37,534 bases of DNA, from positions 1 through 37,534 of IMG/VR virus record IMGVR_UViG_3300012664_000377. One strand, given 5' to 3'. Of the stretch, positions 1-8,140 are shown one piece after another. Position 1 is the stretch's first letter, and every line of letters starts with the position of its first letter. The notes below the pieces were generated by a model. That model did not search any database. It was not told the DNA's origin and saw only the letters and a list, made by a program, of their open reading frames with translations. Source of the DNA: a virus. A program made the translations under genes and the position numbers.

Positions 1-51
1 TTTAATTCATTCTAAACTACACCCACCTATTGCGTAAAACAAAGCAATAGA
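1..51. repeat. Terminal direct repeat, copy 1 (identical to 37484..37534)
   Basis: The first 51 nt (tttaattcattctaaactacacccacctattgcgtaaaacaaagcaataga) recur exactly as the last 51 nt, so the unique unit is 37,483 bp. Confidence 0.95.
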
Positions 52-60
52 TTAATTTTG
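29..60 (+). promoter_or_regulatory. Bacteroidota-type promoter candidate (-33-like ATTG 29..32; -7 box TAATTTTG 53..60)
   Basis: Matches the TTTG / TAnnTTTG two-box consensus known for Bacteroidetes primary-sigma promoters. Spacer is 20 nt and the ATG at 84 is 23 nt downstream. Confidence 0.5.
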
Positions 61-83
61 ATAAACTTTAAAAAATAGAAATT

Positions 84-302
84 ATGGAAAAATTAATAAA
101 CAAAAGAGTTTTAGTATCTACAAAAGATAATAGTTGGAGTTCTAATCAGTCGATAAAAGAATTTAAAGTATTAGAATTAAGTCCATCAAAAAGATGGATA
201 AAAGTAATGAATAGCAATGGTCAAAAAATATGGCTTGATGCTTCTAATTTTACACCTATTGAAATATTAGAAGATTTAGAAAAATATCCTAAAAATAACT
301 AA
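84..302 (+). CDS. hypothetical protein (72 aa)
   Basis: ORF track. First ORF after the promoter-like boxes. No motif recognised. Confidence 0.6.
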   Translation: MEKLINKRVLVSTKDNSWSSNQSIKEFKVLELSPSKRWIKVMNSNGQKIWLDASNFTPIEILEDLEKYPKNN

Positions 303-306
303 ACCT

Positions 307-477
307 GTGCAACAATCATTTATTGACTTCTGTAACGAAGTAAGCGGATATACATTCCACAACAAAAGAACTAAACAACAAGTGTATCGATTTCAAATGT
401 ATTGGAATGGTTTAACACCTTATCAATGCTTTCAGAATTATGATACTAAAGTAATTGTTAAACAACATAATGTATGA
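307..477 (+). CDS. hypothetical small protein (56 aa, GTG start)
   Basis: Hand-translated and absent from the track (no ATG). It fills the 303..473 gap, and its TGA overlaps the next ATG (ATGA at 474..477). The start codon is uncertain. Confidence 0.3.
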   Translation: MQQSFIDFCNEVSGYTFHNKRTKQQVYRFQMYWNGLTPYQCFQNYDTKVIVKQHNV

Positions 478-650
478 TAGCTCCAGTAGAAGAAATGATA
501 GCAATTGTACAGATCTACATACACCATCGTAAAGATAAAGAAGTGCAAATACAAATCAGAAATGGTAGAGATTTAATTCTTTTACAAAAAGCGTACACAA
601 CCGCTGTAAATTGGTTAAATAATAACGGATTTAAACAGATAATAGAATGA
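474..650 (+). CDS. hypothetical small protein (58 aa)
   Basis: Hand-translated ATG..TGA ORF just below the track size cutoff. ATGA overlaps at both ends link it to its neighbours. Confidence 0.45.
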   Translation: MIAPVEEMIAIVQIYIHHRKDKEVQIQIRNGRDLILLQKAYTTAVNWLNNNGFKQIIE

Positions 651-865
651 GTTCAAAAGAATATTTCTTAAAGTTATCGGAGCAGATTTACAACGATTTG
701 CCCGATAACGAAAAACTTTATCTTAATCATTTAGGATTAGAAGTTAGACAATTACCAACAAATGACGATTTACAAAACGATGAGAAAGTAAAATTTTACA
801 AGAAAGAAATTGCTAAAAATTATCAAAGTTTAAACGATTATTTGTTTGATATTAGAAATAAATAA
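647..865 (+). CDS. hypothetical protein (72 aa)
   Basis: ORF track. ATGA-coupled to the upstream ORF. No motif recognised. Confidence 0.6.
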   Translation: MSSKEYFLKLSEQIYNDLPDNEKLYLNHLGLEVRQLPTNDDLQNDEKVKFYKKEIAKNYQSLNDYLFDIRNK

Positions 866-874
866 TTATCTTTA
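845..874 (+). promoter_or_regulatory. promoter candidate (-33 TTTG 845..848; -7 TATCTTTA 867..874)
   Basis: Two-box match with an 18-nt spacer. The last base of the -7 box deviates from consensus (A for G). It lies upstream of the SSB-like gene. Confidence 0.35.
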
Positions 875-939
875 CAATATCATAATAACAGATGCAAGGT
901 TTGGGCATCATAATTTCAGACCATAAATAAATAAAAATT

Positions 940-1617
940 ATGAGTAATCGTAGACAAGCGTTTCAAACGCCACAAAGTAATCCAGCTACTAAATTTATCG
1001 ACTGGAAATCAAATGACAAATGTTTCTCATTCTACAACAAAGAAACAAGTTCAAATGAACAAATACCTTTACCATTTAAGTTTTTAGTTCTTGACGAAAT
1101 GCACTGCATTAAAGGTTGGAATGATGCAACACAATCAGCTATTTTTTCAAATGAAGTGAAATTTATTTCACAAGAAACAATTATTGTAAAACCATTTAAA
1201 GGGAATGAAATTGCAAAAGGACTTTACAAAGACATTAAAGAGAAAGTTAAGTCCGCTGGTGGTCATTATGTAAAATCTATTTACATTATGTTAGAAGATG
1301 GAACTTTAGCAAACTTACAACTTAAAGGTTCAAGTGTTCAAGCGTGGGGAGAGTTTACCCAAAAAACACGTTCCCGTTTAGCTGATGAATGGATTGAGGT
1401 TAAAACTGCTAAAGATGGTAAAAAAGGAGCGGTTAAGTTTTCAATTCCAGAATTTACATTTTTACGTTCTATTTCAGATTCAGAAGCAGAACAAGCGGAT
1501 GAGGTTTTCAATACTTTAGAAGCGTATCTTAAAACGTATTTAGCAAAAGCGGAAGTTCCAGTAGTTGAAACAGAAACAGATACTTCTGAAAGTACAGATG
1601 AAGATTTAGATTTTTAA
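940..1617 (+). CDS. putative single-stranded DNA-binding protein (T7 gp2.5-like organisation)
   Basis: 225 aa, first gene of the replication module. The C-terminal tail is strongly acidic (ETETDTSESTDEDLDF) and ends in Phe, as in the tails of gp2.5 and bacterial SSB. The fold was not verified. Confidence 0.5.
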   Translation: MSNRRQAFQTPQSNPATKFIDWKSNDKCFSFYNKETSSNEQIPLPFKFLVLDEMHCIKGWNDATQSAIFSNEVKFISQETIIVKPFKGNEIAKGLYKDIKEKVKSAGGHYVKSIYIMLEDGTLANLQLKGSSVQAWGEFTQKTRSRLADEWIEVKTAKDGKKGAVKFSIPEFTFLRSISDSEAEQADEVFNTLEAYLKTYLAKAEVPVVETETDTSESTDEDLDF

Positions 1618-1640
1618 TACTAAACAATACACAACTAATT

Positions 1641-1667
1641 AAACCACCTATTAAGGTGGTTTTTTTA
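1641..1667 (+). terminator. intrinsic terminator after the SSB-like gene
   Basis: AAACCACCT-ATTA-AGGTGGTTT forms a 9-bp stem and runs into a T tract. It closely resembles the terminator at 32558..32582. Confidence 0.8.
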
Positions 1668-1670
1668 TTT

Positions 1671-1686
1671 ATAACCTTAAGGTTAT
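1671..1686. repeat. perfect 16-bp palindrome ATAACCTTAAGGTTAT
   Basis: Self-complementary by inspection. It sits at the left edge of the iteron region. Confidence 0.9.
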
Positions 1687-1706
1687 AGTCAATAAATTTA
1701 ATTTTT

Positions 1707-1986
1707 AAAGTGCGAAGTTTATTTCTACTATATACCCTACTAAAAAGAAAAATAAAAAATAAGGGTAGGGGGTAAAAATTAAAAAAAACTTCGCACTTTC
1801 GTACTTTTAAATAAAAATCCTATATTTTATAATACTTAACAAAGGTCGAAGTTAAATTTAAACTTCGCACTTAAAAAAAACTTCGTACTATTGTATTTTA
1901 TATAGTATTTATTATTATCTTTGTATCACTTCGACAATTAATAGAAAACATTATATAAAAGGGATAATGAAACCAGTGTCGAAGTT
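1707..1986. repeat. cluster of 8 ACTTCG(C/T/-)AC boxes in both orientations (candidate origin iterons or operators)
   Basis: + orientation: 1788..1796, 1795..1804 (variant ACTTTCGTAC), 1862..1870, 1880..1888, 1928..1935. - orientation: 1710..1718, 1845..1852, 1978..1985. The pair 1847..1853 / 1861..1867 forms a perfect inverted repeat CGAAGTT-N7-AACTTCG. Confidence 0.7.
1890..1923 (+). promoter_or_regulatory. promoter candidate for the primase-helicase gene (-33-like ATTG 1890..1893; -7 TATCTTTG 1916..1923)
   Basis: TAnnTTTG match flanked by ACTTCG boxes at 1880..1888 and 1928..1935. Confidence 0.5.
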
Positions 1987-2016
1987 GGTGGATTTATCCC
2001 TTTTACCTTTTTACTT

Positions 2017-4389
2017 ATGAAAGATACACAAATTTCAGTTTTTAAGGAGTTACTAAAAGCACAAGATGTGCCTTATATCATTCCGTTATGGAAATGCTTT
2101 GAACGTATTAAACAAGGGAAATCAAAAGAACTTGTAGAATTAGTACGAAAAGCAGAAACAAAAGAAATAGCTGATAAGTTAAAACAAAAACTACCATGTA
2201 TTGTTTTTGGTGGGGAGTTTAAAGAACGTAATAAAGATGGACTTGTTAACCATAGCGGGTTAATGGTTGTTGATTTTGATAAATACCCAAATGATGAGGT
2301 AATGTTTGACCACTTACACGAACTTAAAAAGAATAACCACTTTGTTTCTTTATTTATTTCTCCAAGCGGTAAAGGAATAAAGGGAGTTGTAAAAATTCCA
2401 GTGTGTAATAAGATTGAACACGAAAAATATTTTAAAGCATTTAATAACCATTACCAATATGATTATTTTGATAAATCAAATTGTAATGTAGATAGGGTAT
2501 GTTTCGAAAGTTACGATGCTGATATTTATATTAATTACGATGCGCAAACTTATGAACCTACTTTAATAGATGAGGGTTTTGATATTAAAGATAGAGTTCC
2601 TTTAATTCCAATAAATGATGAAGAAGTAATTATTGAAAAAATAATGAAATTCAATTGGAGCAAGGATTTTGTAGAGGGTGAGCGTAATAGTTTTATTTTT
2701 GATTTAGCTGGTGCATTTTGCGAATATGGTGTATCTGAAACAACCGCATTAGGTTACATACAAAACAATGTAGTTTATGGTGACTTTTCAGAAACCGAGT
2801 GTAAAAACACAATTAAGTCCGCTTATAAACGACGTTCTTTTAATTCCAAATACTTTGAGAATTACCAACAGATTGATAAAATAAAAAGCGATTTAAAGAA
2901 AGGTAAAAAAGAAGTGCTTGAAAAATATAACATTGAGGAGGATGTTTATAACGAAATAAAGGAAGCCGAAGAAGCCGAAGACTTTTGGTACATTATCGTA
3001 AACGAAAAAACAGGTAAAGAAAAAATAGCTATAAGTCCATTAAAATATAAATACTTTTTAGAGCGTAATGGATTTAAAAAACATTTTCCAAACGAAAGCG
3101 ATAAACCACAATTTGTATCAATACAATCAAATAAAGTTAAATTAACCTCAACATCAAAGATTAAGGATTTTGTTTTAGACTTCTTAATGGATAGAAAAGA
3201 GTTTGATGTTTGGAACTATTGTGCAAACTATCAAAATTTATTTAGTGAACAGTTTTTACTTATGTTAGAAAGCATTGATTTAATAATGTTAAGTGACAAT
3301 AGACAAACTTCTTATTTGGCTTTTAAAAATGGAATTTTAGAAGTTACAAAAGATGAAATTAAGTTAGTAGATTATATTGATGTTGATGGTTATATTTGGG
3401 AGAGTCACATATTAGATAGGGATTTTATTCAATTAGAAAAATTTGAAAATGACTATCAAAAATTTATTAATAATATATCAGCAAATGAGCCTTTTCCTAT
3501 TGAGGTTACTATTGGATATTTAGTTAGTACTTACAAGAATAGAAGTAACAATAAAGCGGTTATTTTAAATGATGAGATTATTTCAGATAATCCTGAGGGC
3601 GGTACTGGTAAAGGTTTATTTGTGCAAGGTTTAAGTCAGATTAGAAATACATCAATTATTGATGGTAAACAATTTGATAGTAAGAAGTCATTTGCTTATC
3701 AGACAGTTTCTTTAGATACAAAAATATTAGTATTTGACGATGTTAAGAAGAACTTTGACTTTGAGGATAAGTTTAGTTTGGTTACAGAGGGAATGACTTT
3801 GGAGCGTAAAAACAAAGATGCTATTAAATTAAATGTACACGATTCACCAAAAATAGTTATGAGTACAAATTACGCTATTAAAGGTGAGGGAAACTCACAC
3901 AATAGACGTAGGCATGAAATAGAAATAGCTCAATATTATGGTAAGGATTTAACGCCTGATGAAGAATTTGGGAAGCAGTTATTTGATGAGTGGGAAATTG
4001 AAGATTATCAAAGATTTGATAACTATATGGTTTATTGTTTACAAATGTATCTTAAGTCGGGACTTGTTAAGCAAAATGCTAAAAATATTAAATTGCGTAA
4101 ATTCATAGCTGAAACAAATATGGATTTTTACGAATGGATTATCGATAGTGAAAACTTCCCGATTAATACACGAAATGATAAGAGCCAATACTTTAATGCG
4201 TTTGTTAATGATAACAAAGATTTTGACAAATGGTTAAAAAGAAACCGATTTAATATTTGGATTCAGAAATACGCAAACTATAAAGAGTTTAGATTTGAAC
4301 AAGGTTCAAGTAATGGTTTGAAATGGTTTGGTATTTTTGAAAAGAATGTTGAAAATAAAGTTGAAGATAACGACGATATAGATTTCTAA
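2017..4389 (+). CDS. primase-polymerase / SF3 helicase fusion (VirE/D5-like replication protein)
   Basis: The N-terminal region has the acidic motif MVVDFDKY typical of primase-polymerase (VirE/BT4734-type) domains. The C-terminal half has Walker A NPEGGTGKG, Walker B ILVFDDV and SF3 motif C MSTNY. The tail is acidic and ends DNDDIDF. Confidence 0.8.
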   Translation: MKDTQISVFKELLKAQDVPYIIPLWKCFERIKQGKSKELVELVRKAETKEIADKLKQKLPCIVFGGEFKERNKDGLVNHSGLMVVDFDKYPNDEVMFDHLHELKKNNHFVSLFISPSGKGIKGVVKIPVCNKIEHEKYFKAFNNHYQYDYFDKSNCNVDRVCFESYDADIYINYDAQTYEPTLIDEGFDIKDRVPLIPINDEEVIIEKIMKFNWSKDFVEGERNSFIFDLAGAFCEYGVSETTALGYIQNNVVYGDFSETECKNTIKSAYKRRSFNSKYFENYQQIDKIKSDLKKGKKEVLEKYNIEEDVYNEIKEAEEAEDFWYIIVNEKTGKEKIAISPLKYKYFLERNGFKKHFPNESDKPQFVSIQSNKVKLTSTSKIKDFVLDFLMDRKEFDVWNYCANYQNLFSEQFLLMLESIDLIMLSDNRQTSYLAFKNGILEVTKDEIKLVDYIDVDGYIWESHILDRDFIQLEKFENDYQKFINNISANEPFPIEVTIGYLVSTYKNRSNNKAVILNDEIISDNPEGGTGKGLFVQGLSQIRNTSIIDGKQFDSKKSFAYQTVSLDTKILVFDDVKKNFDFEDKFSLVTEGMTLERKNKDAIKLNVHDSPKIVMSTNYAIKGEGNSHNRRRHEIEIAQYYGKDLTPDEEFGKQLFDEWEIEDYQRFDNYMVYCLQMYLKSGLVKQNAKNIKLRKFIAETNMDFYEWIIDSENFPINTRNDKSQYFNAFVNDNKDFDKWLKRNRFNIWIQKYANYKEFRFEQGSSNGLKWFGIFEKNVENKVEDNDDIDF

Positions 4390-4391
4390 TT

Positions 4392-5738
4392 ATGAAAAAA
4401 GAATTAAGAGATTATCAGATAAGACTTTCAAGCGATGCTTCCGAAATATTAGAGCGTAAAAAGTTAGTATGCTTATTTATGGAAGTGAGAACGGGAAAAA
4501 CGACAACCGCTTTAGAAACTTGTAAAAAAGTAAATGCTAAACGAGTTTTATTTATTACAAAGATAAAAGCTTTTTCAAGCATTGAACAAGACTATTGGGA
4601 TTTCGGTTATTTAGATAAGTTTGACTTGACTATTATCAATAGAGAAAGTTTACATAAAGTTGAAACAAACGATTTTGATGTGGTTATTATTGATGAGGTG
4701 CATGGATATACTTCTTATCCTAAACCATCAAAGTATCATAAAGATATTAAACAACGTTTTGGAGATATTCCTATGATTATGTTAAGCGGAACACCAACAC
4801 CTGAAAGTTACAGCCAATATTATCATTTATTTACACTTTCAAATCATAGTCCATTTAAAGAATATACTAATTTTTATAAGTGGGCTAATGAATATGTGAA
4901 TATAAAATTAAAATATTTAGGTTATGCACAAGTTAAAGACTATTCAGATGCACGTAAGAATGATTTTTGGCATCATATAAGATATTATATTCTAACATTC
5001 ACACAAGAACAAGCTGGATTTACAACCGATGTAAAAGAGAACATTTTAAAGGTTAAAATGAAACCTATCACTTATGCGATAACCGAAAAGTTAATTAAGG
5101 AATTAGTAGTTACATCAAAGTCAAGCGGTAAGCAAATAATAGCCGATACTGGTGTTAAACTTCAACAAAAGATACACCAACTATTTAGTGGTACTATTAA
5201 GTATGAGGATGGTACTACTCAAATAATTGATAACTCAAAAGCCGAGTTTATAAAAGAAAAGTTCAAAGGTAAAAAAATAGCAATTTTTTATAATTTTGTT
5301 GCGGAGCTTGAAATGTTAAAACAAACATTTGGAAACGATTTAACAACCGACTTAAATGAGTTTAATGCAAGTAGTAAAAATATAGCTTTACAAATTGTAA
5401 GTGGGCGAGAGGGTATTAGTTTATCAAAAGCCGATTATCTAATATTTTTAAATCTACAATTTTCAGCAGTTAGTTATTTTCAAGCAAAAGACCGATTGAC
5501 CACAATGGAGCGAAAATCAAACGATATTTACTGGATATTTGCAGAGAATGGAATTGAAGAAAAAATATACGATAGAGTGTTAAATAAAACAGATTACACG
5601 TTATCTACATTTTGTAAAGATTTTAAAATTAATAAAAAATCTTTTGAGCCAATTATAACATTTAAAGGATTAGATATGTTTACTAAAAATGGAGTTAATG
5701 AAATACAAATGGGTTCAAGAAGATATAAATTAAAATAA
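4392..5738 (+). CDS. SF2 helicase, SNF2/DEAD-like
   Basis: Motif I EVRTGKT, motif II IIDEVH, motif III LSGTPTP, and a C-terminal helicase lobe (QIVSGREGISL). Confidence 0.8.
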   Translation: MKKELRDYQIRLSSDASEILERKKLVCLFMEVRTGKTTTALETCKKVNAKRVLFITKIKAFSSIEQDYWDFGYLDKFDLTIINRESLHKVETNDFDVVIIDEVHGYTSYPKPSKYHKDIKQRFGDIPMIMLSGTPTPESYSQYYHLFTLSNHSPFKEYTNFYKWANEYVNIKLKYLGYAQVKDYSDARKNDFWHHIRYYILTFTQEQAGFTTDVKENILKVKMKPITYAITEKLIKELVVTSKSSGKQIIADTGVKLQQKIHQLFSGTIKYEDGTTQIIDNSKAEFIKEKFKGKKIAIFYNFVAELEMLKQTFGNDLTTDLNEFNASSKNIALQIVSGREGISLSKADYLIFLNLQFSAVSYFQAKDRLTTMERKSNDIYWIFAENGIEEKIYDRVLNKTDYTLSTFCKDFKINKKSFEPIITFKGLDMFTKNGVNEIQMGSRRYKLK

Positions 5739-5739
5739 T

Positions 5740-6000
5740 ATGATTTTAGAATCAAAAATACAATCAAAGATAATAGCCAAACTTCAAAAAGAGGGTTGGC
5801 TTTGCATAAAACTAATTAAGACAAACTTTAATGGAGTTCCTGACTTATTATGTTTACGTCAAGGAGTTACAATGTTTATCGAAGTTAAACGAGAACAAGG
5901 CAAACTTTCAGAGTTACAGAAAGTAAGAGTTAAGCAATTAAGAGAACAAGGATTTGAAGTAAAAATATGGACTGATTATGATACAGACTTTAAATATTAA
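5740..6000 (+). CDS. VRR-NUC domain nuclease (PD-(D/E)xK)
   Basis: 86 aa with GVPDLL...MFIEVK. It is adjacent to the SNF2 helicase, a common phage pairing. Confidence 0.75.
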   Translation: MILESKIQSKIIAKLQKEGWLCIKLIKTNFNGVPDLLCLRQGVTMFIEVKREQGKLSELQKVRVKQLREQGFEVKIWTDYDTDFKY

Positions 6001-6217
6001 CGGATTTAAACTAAACATTAACTTTGAACCTCAACTCTCAAAGAATGGTCAAGAAATACGATTAAGTGGAATAGCAAAGAATTGCACACTTCCTGAAAAA
6101 TACGTCGATAAAACTTATAAAAACCACTGGATTTACACATTTCGTTATATCGGAACTGATGACTTTGTTAGTTTTGAATTTGATTATTATGGTAAGTTTG
6201 TAGGTATTAAAAAATAA
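5978..6217 (+). CDS. hypothetical protein (79 aa)
   Basis: ORF track. Overlaps the upstream gene by 23 nt. Confidence 0.5.
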   Translation: MIQTLNINGFKLNINFEPQLSKNGQEIRLSGIAKNCTLPEKYVDKTYKNHWIYTFRYIGTDDFVSFEFDYYGKFVGIKK

Positions 6218-6288
6218 ATAACGATAGGGATAATCCAAAAGTTAAGGAGTTACAGAGGGACGTATATCTGTTTTATTACGGAATAGTT

Positions 6289-6306
6289 ATTTAGAACAAT
6301 TATAAA
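6289..6306 (+). promoter_or_regulatory. conserved upstream box ATTTAGAACAATTATAAA (16/18 match to the 29512/29853 repeat)
   Basis: It ends 35 nt before the -7 box at 6342, the same spacing as the copies at 29512 (36 nt) and 29853 (35 nt). Confidence 0.55.
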
Positions 6307-6318
6307 TTAGCTTAAAAG

Positions 6319-6349
6319 TTTGGTAGTATAAAAAATTATACTATCTTTA
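6319..6349 (+). promoter_or_regulatory. promoter candidate (-33 TTTG 6319..6322; -7 TATCTTTA 6342..6349) with an embedded palindrome
   Basis: 19-nt spacer. The spacer holds the inverted repeat AGTATAA-AAAA-TTATACT (6325..6342). Confidence 0.55.
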
Positions 6350-6376
6350 CGTCATAATAATAAACAAATAGTAATT

Positions 6377-6550
6377 ATGACAACTCAAGACTACAACAAC
6401 AAAGCAAACGAATTAAACTCAAAATATCCAAATTTAAAAGCAGAAATAGTAAAAAATTGGGATGGTAGTAGATTAGAAATAAAAGTTTGTAGCTCTGATA
6501 AAGCAAAAACATTAAGAGAAATGTACAGAAACTTTAACTTCACTTTCTAA
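6377..6550 (+). CDS. hypothetical small protein (57 aa)
   Basis: Hand-translated ATG..TAA ORF below the track cutoff. It follows the promoter at 6319..6349. The hairpin CACTTTC-TAAAT-GAAAGTG spans its stop codon. Confidence 0.45.
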   Translation: MTTQDYNNKANELNSKYPNLKAEIVKNWDGSRLEIKVCSSDKAKTLREMYRNFNFTF

Positions 6551-6584
6551 ATGAAAGTGGAGTTTATTAAAAATAAATAAGATT

Positions 6585-6800
6585 ATGAATTTAAAATCAA
6601 AAGAGATATTGTCTAAAAAGTTAGACTTCATATTTGATTACATGACACAACAAGAGTTATCTGTAATTTTAGATATTAGTCAATGGTTACTTTTGAAAAA
6701 AATAAAAGATAATTCTTTTGATAAAAATGAACTTACAACTATTAGTAAAATTTATAGATATTTATATTTACAAAAATTTAAAACAATAAACAACCAATGA
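6585..6800 (+). CDS. small putative HTH DNA-binding protein (71 aa)
   Basis: The segment TQQELSVILDISQWLLLKKIKDN looks like a helix-turn-helix. Assessed by eye only. Confidence 0.4.
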   Translation: MNLKSKEILSKKLDFIFDYMTQQELSVILDISQWLLLKKIKDNSFDKNELTTISKIYRYLYLQKFKTINNQ

Positions 6801-6988
6801 TATACAACCACCTATTCAACCAAACAAATCATTCTAACTACAAATTAGGGCAAATTTTAAACGTTTCTACAAGTTCGGTAATATCCTTTAGAAAATCAAA
6901 AACAATCAACTACGAGCGTTTAATTGAGTTTATGGTAAAACTAAATATTAATAAATTAGAATACAAAAAAATAAAAATAGAGTTATGA
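6797..6988 (+). CDS. small putative HTH DNA-binding protein (63 aa)
   Basis: YKLGQILNVSTSSVISFRKSK resembles a Cro/C1-type HTH. ATGA-coupled to both neighbours. Confidence 0.4.
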   Translation: MIYNHLFNQTNHSNYKLGQILNVSTSSVISFRKSKTINYERLIEFMVKLNINKLEYKKIKIEL

Positions 6989-7821
6989 GAAATATACACA
7001 CATTACCAACGCATAAATCGAGCAGGTTAGTAAGAAATGATTTAGGAATGGCAATTAATGAAAATTATCATAAGTCAATTTTAGACTTAATACAAGCTAA
7101 ATTTATAAACATATACATCACTAATGATGAAGAAATTAAAGATGGAGATTGGTGTTTAGATATTATTTCTAATTACTTATACAAAGCTAATATTACACCA
7201 AAAACAAATTGGGAAAATCAAAAAAAAATAATCCTAACAACAGACCAAGACTTAATCAAAGATGGTGTACAAGCTATTGATGATGAGTTTTTAGAATGGT
7301 TTGTTAAGAACCCAAGTTGTGAGAATGTTGAAGTTAAAGACTACATGAAAAAAGTCGGAACTGAAACTGATGCAAATGGGTATAGAGAGATGGATGTTTT
7401 AAAAACAATGTACAAAATAATCATTCCAAAAGAAGAATGGTTATCTCCGATGCAAGAGTTAAAATTAAAAGAAGAACCTAAACAACAATGCGAACATATA
7501 AAAGAATATGGTTGTATTAAAGATATTTGTACTTGTAATAAAGTAAAACAAGAAACTATTGAGGAAGTTGCTGAGAGAGAAGCAGAAGCAAGATATCCTG
7601 TATCAACACATAGAAATCCTAATGATAGCCCTTACAAAGGTATAAAGAAAACTTTCATTCATGGTGTTACTTTTGGCTACAATTTAGCACAACAACAAAA
7701 CAAGAATTTGTATAGTGAGGAGGATATGGTAAATTTTGCTTATGACTATATGGAGGAAAGAAAAAATAAAGGAGCAAGAGCTTTAACACCAGAGTTATTA
7801 ATTAAACAATTTAAAAAGTAA
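6985..7821 (+). CDS. hypothetical protein (278 aa)
   Basis: ORF track. No motif recognised. Confidence 0.65.
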   Translation: MRNIHTLPTHKSSRLVRNDLGMAINENYHKSILDLIQAKFINIYITNDEEIKDGDWCLDIISNYLYKANITPKTNWENQKKIILTTDQDLIKDGVQAIDDEFLEWFVKNPSCENVEVKDYMKKVGTETDANGYREMDVLKTMYKIIIPKEEWLSPMQELKLKEEPKQQCEHIKEYGCIKDICTCNKVKQETIEEVAEREAEARYPVSTHRNPNDSPYKGIKKTFIHGVTFGYNLAQQQNKNLYSEEDMVNFAYDYMEERKNKGARALTPELLIKQFKK

Positions 7822-7827
7822 TAAGAA

Positions 7828-8115
7828 ATGTCAAAAAAAGTAACAAATAAATTATTAAAGCTAACTACCAAATTTATGTTAGGAATTCCAAAACATAAAG
7901 ATTTAGCAAAATTTCAAAATACTATTATAGATGAAATTAAAAATAGTATTCCTGATATGTTTGAAATAATGGTAGAACAAAAAATAAAAGAAATACAAAA
8001 AGAAATAAATAATTGTAGAAATCCAATGCGTGAATACAATTTAGGCAAACAATTAAGTAATTTATTTGAACTTAAAGAAAAAATATTTAGTGGTTATTAT
8101 AACGCTTCTTATTAA
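7828..8115 (+). CDS. hypothetical protein (95 aa)
   Basis: ORF track. Confidence 0.6.
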   Translation: MSKKVTNKLLKLTTKFMLGIPKHKDLAKFQNTIIDEIKNSIPDMFEIMVEQKIKEIQKEINNCRNPMREYNLGKQLSNLFELKEKIFSGYYNASY

Positions 8116-8140
8116 TAAGAAATTTAAAAAGAAATAAATT

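Noticed and set aside
891-909. Hairpin GATGC-N9-GCATC upstream of the SSB-like gene as a terminator
   Set aside because: The stem is only 5 bp and has no downstream T tract. It is probably insignificant.
1641-1667. Near-duplicate terminator sequences as mobile or repeat elements: 1641 versus 32558 (AAACCACC...GGTGGTTTTTT) and 10419 versus 16067 (TTAAGGCTTTTTTG)
   Set aside because: The similarity is confined to the GC-rich stem and the T tract, and constraints on intrinsic terminators in an AT-rich genome explain it. There is no flanking homology to suggest a mobile element.
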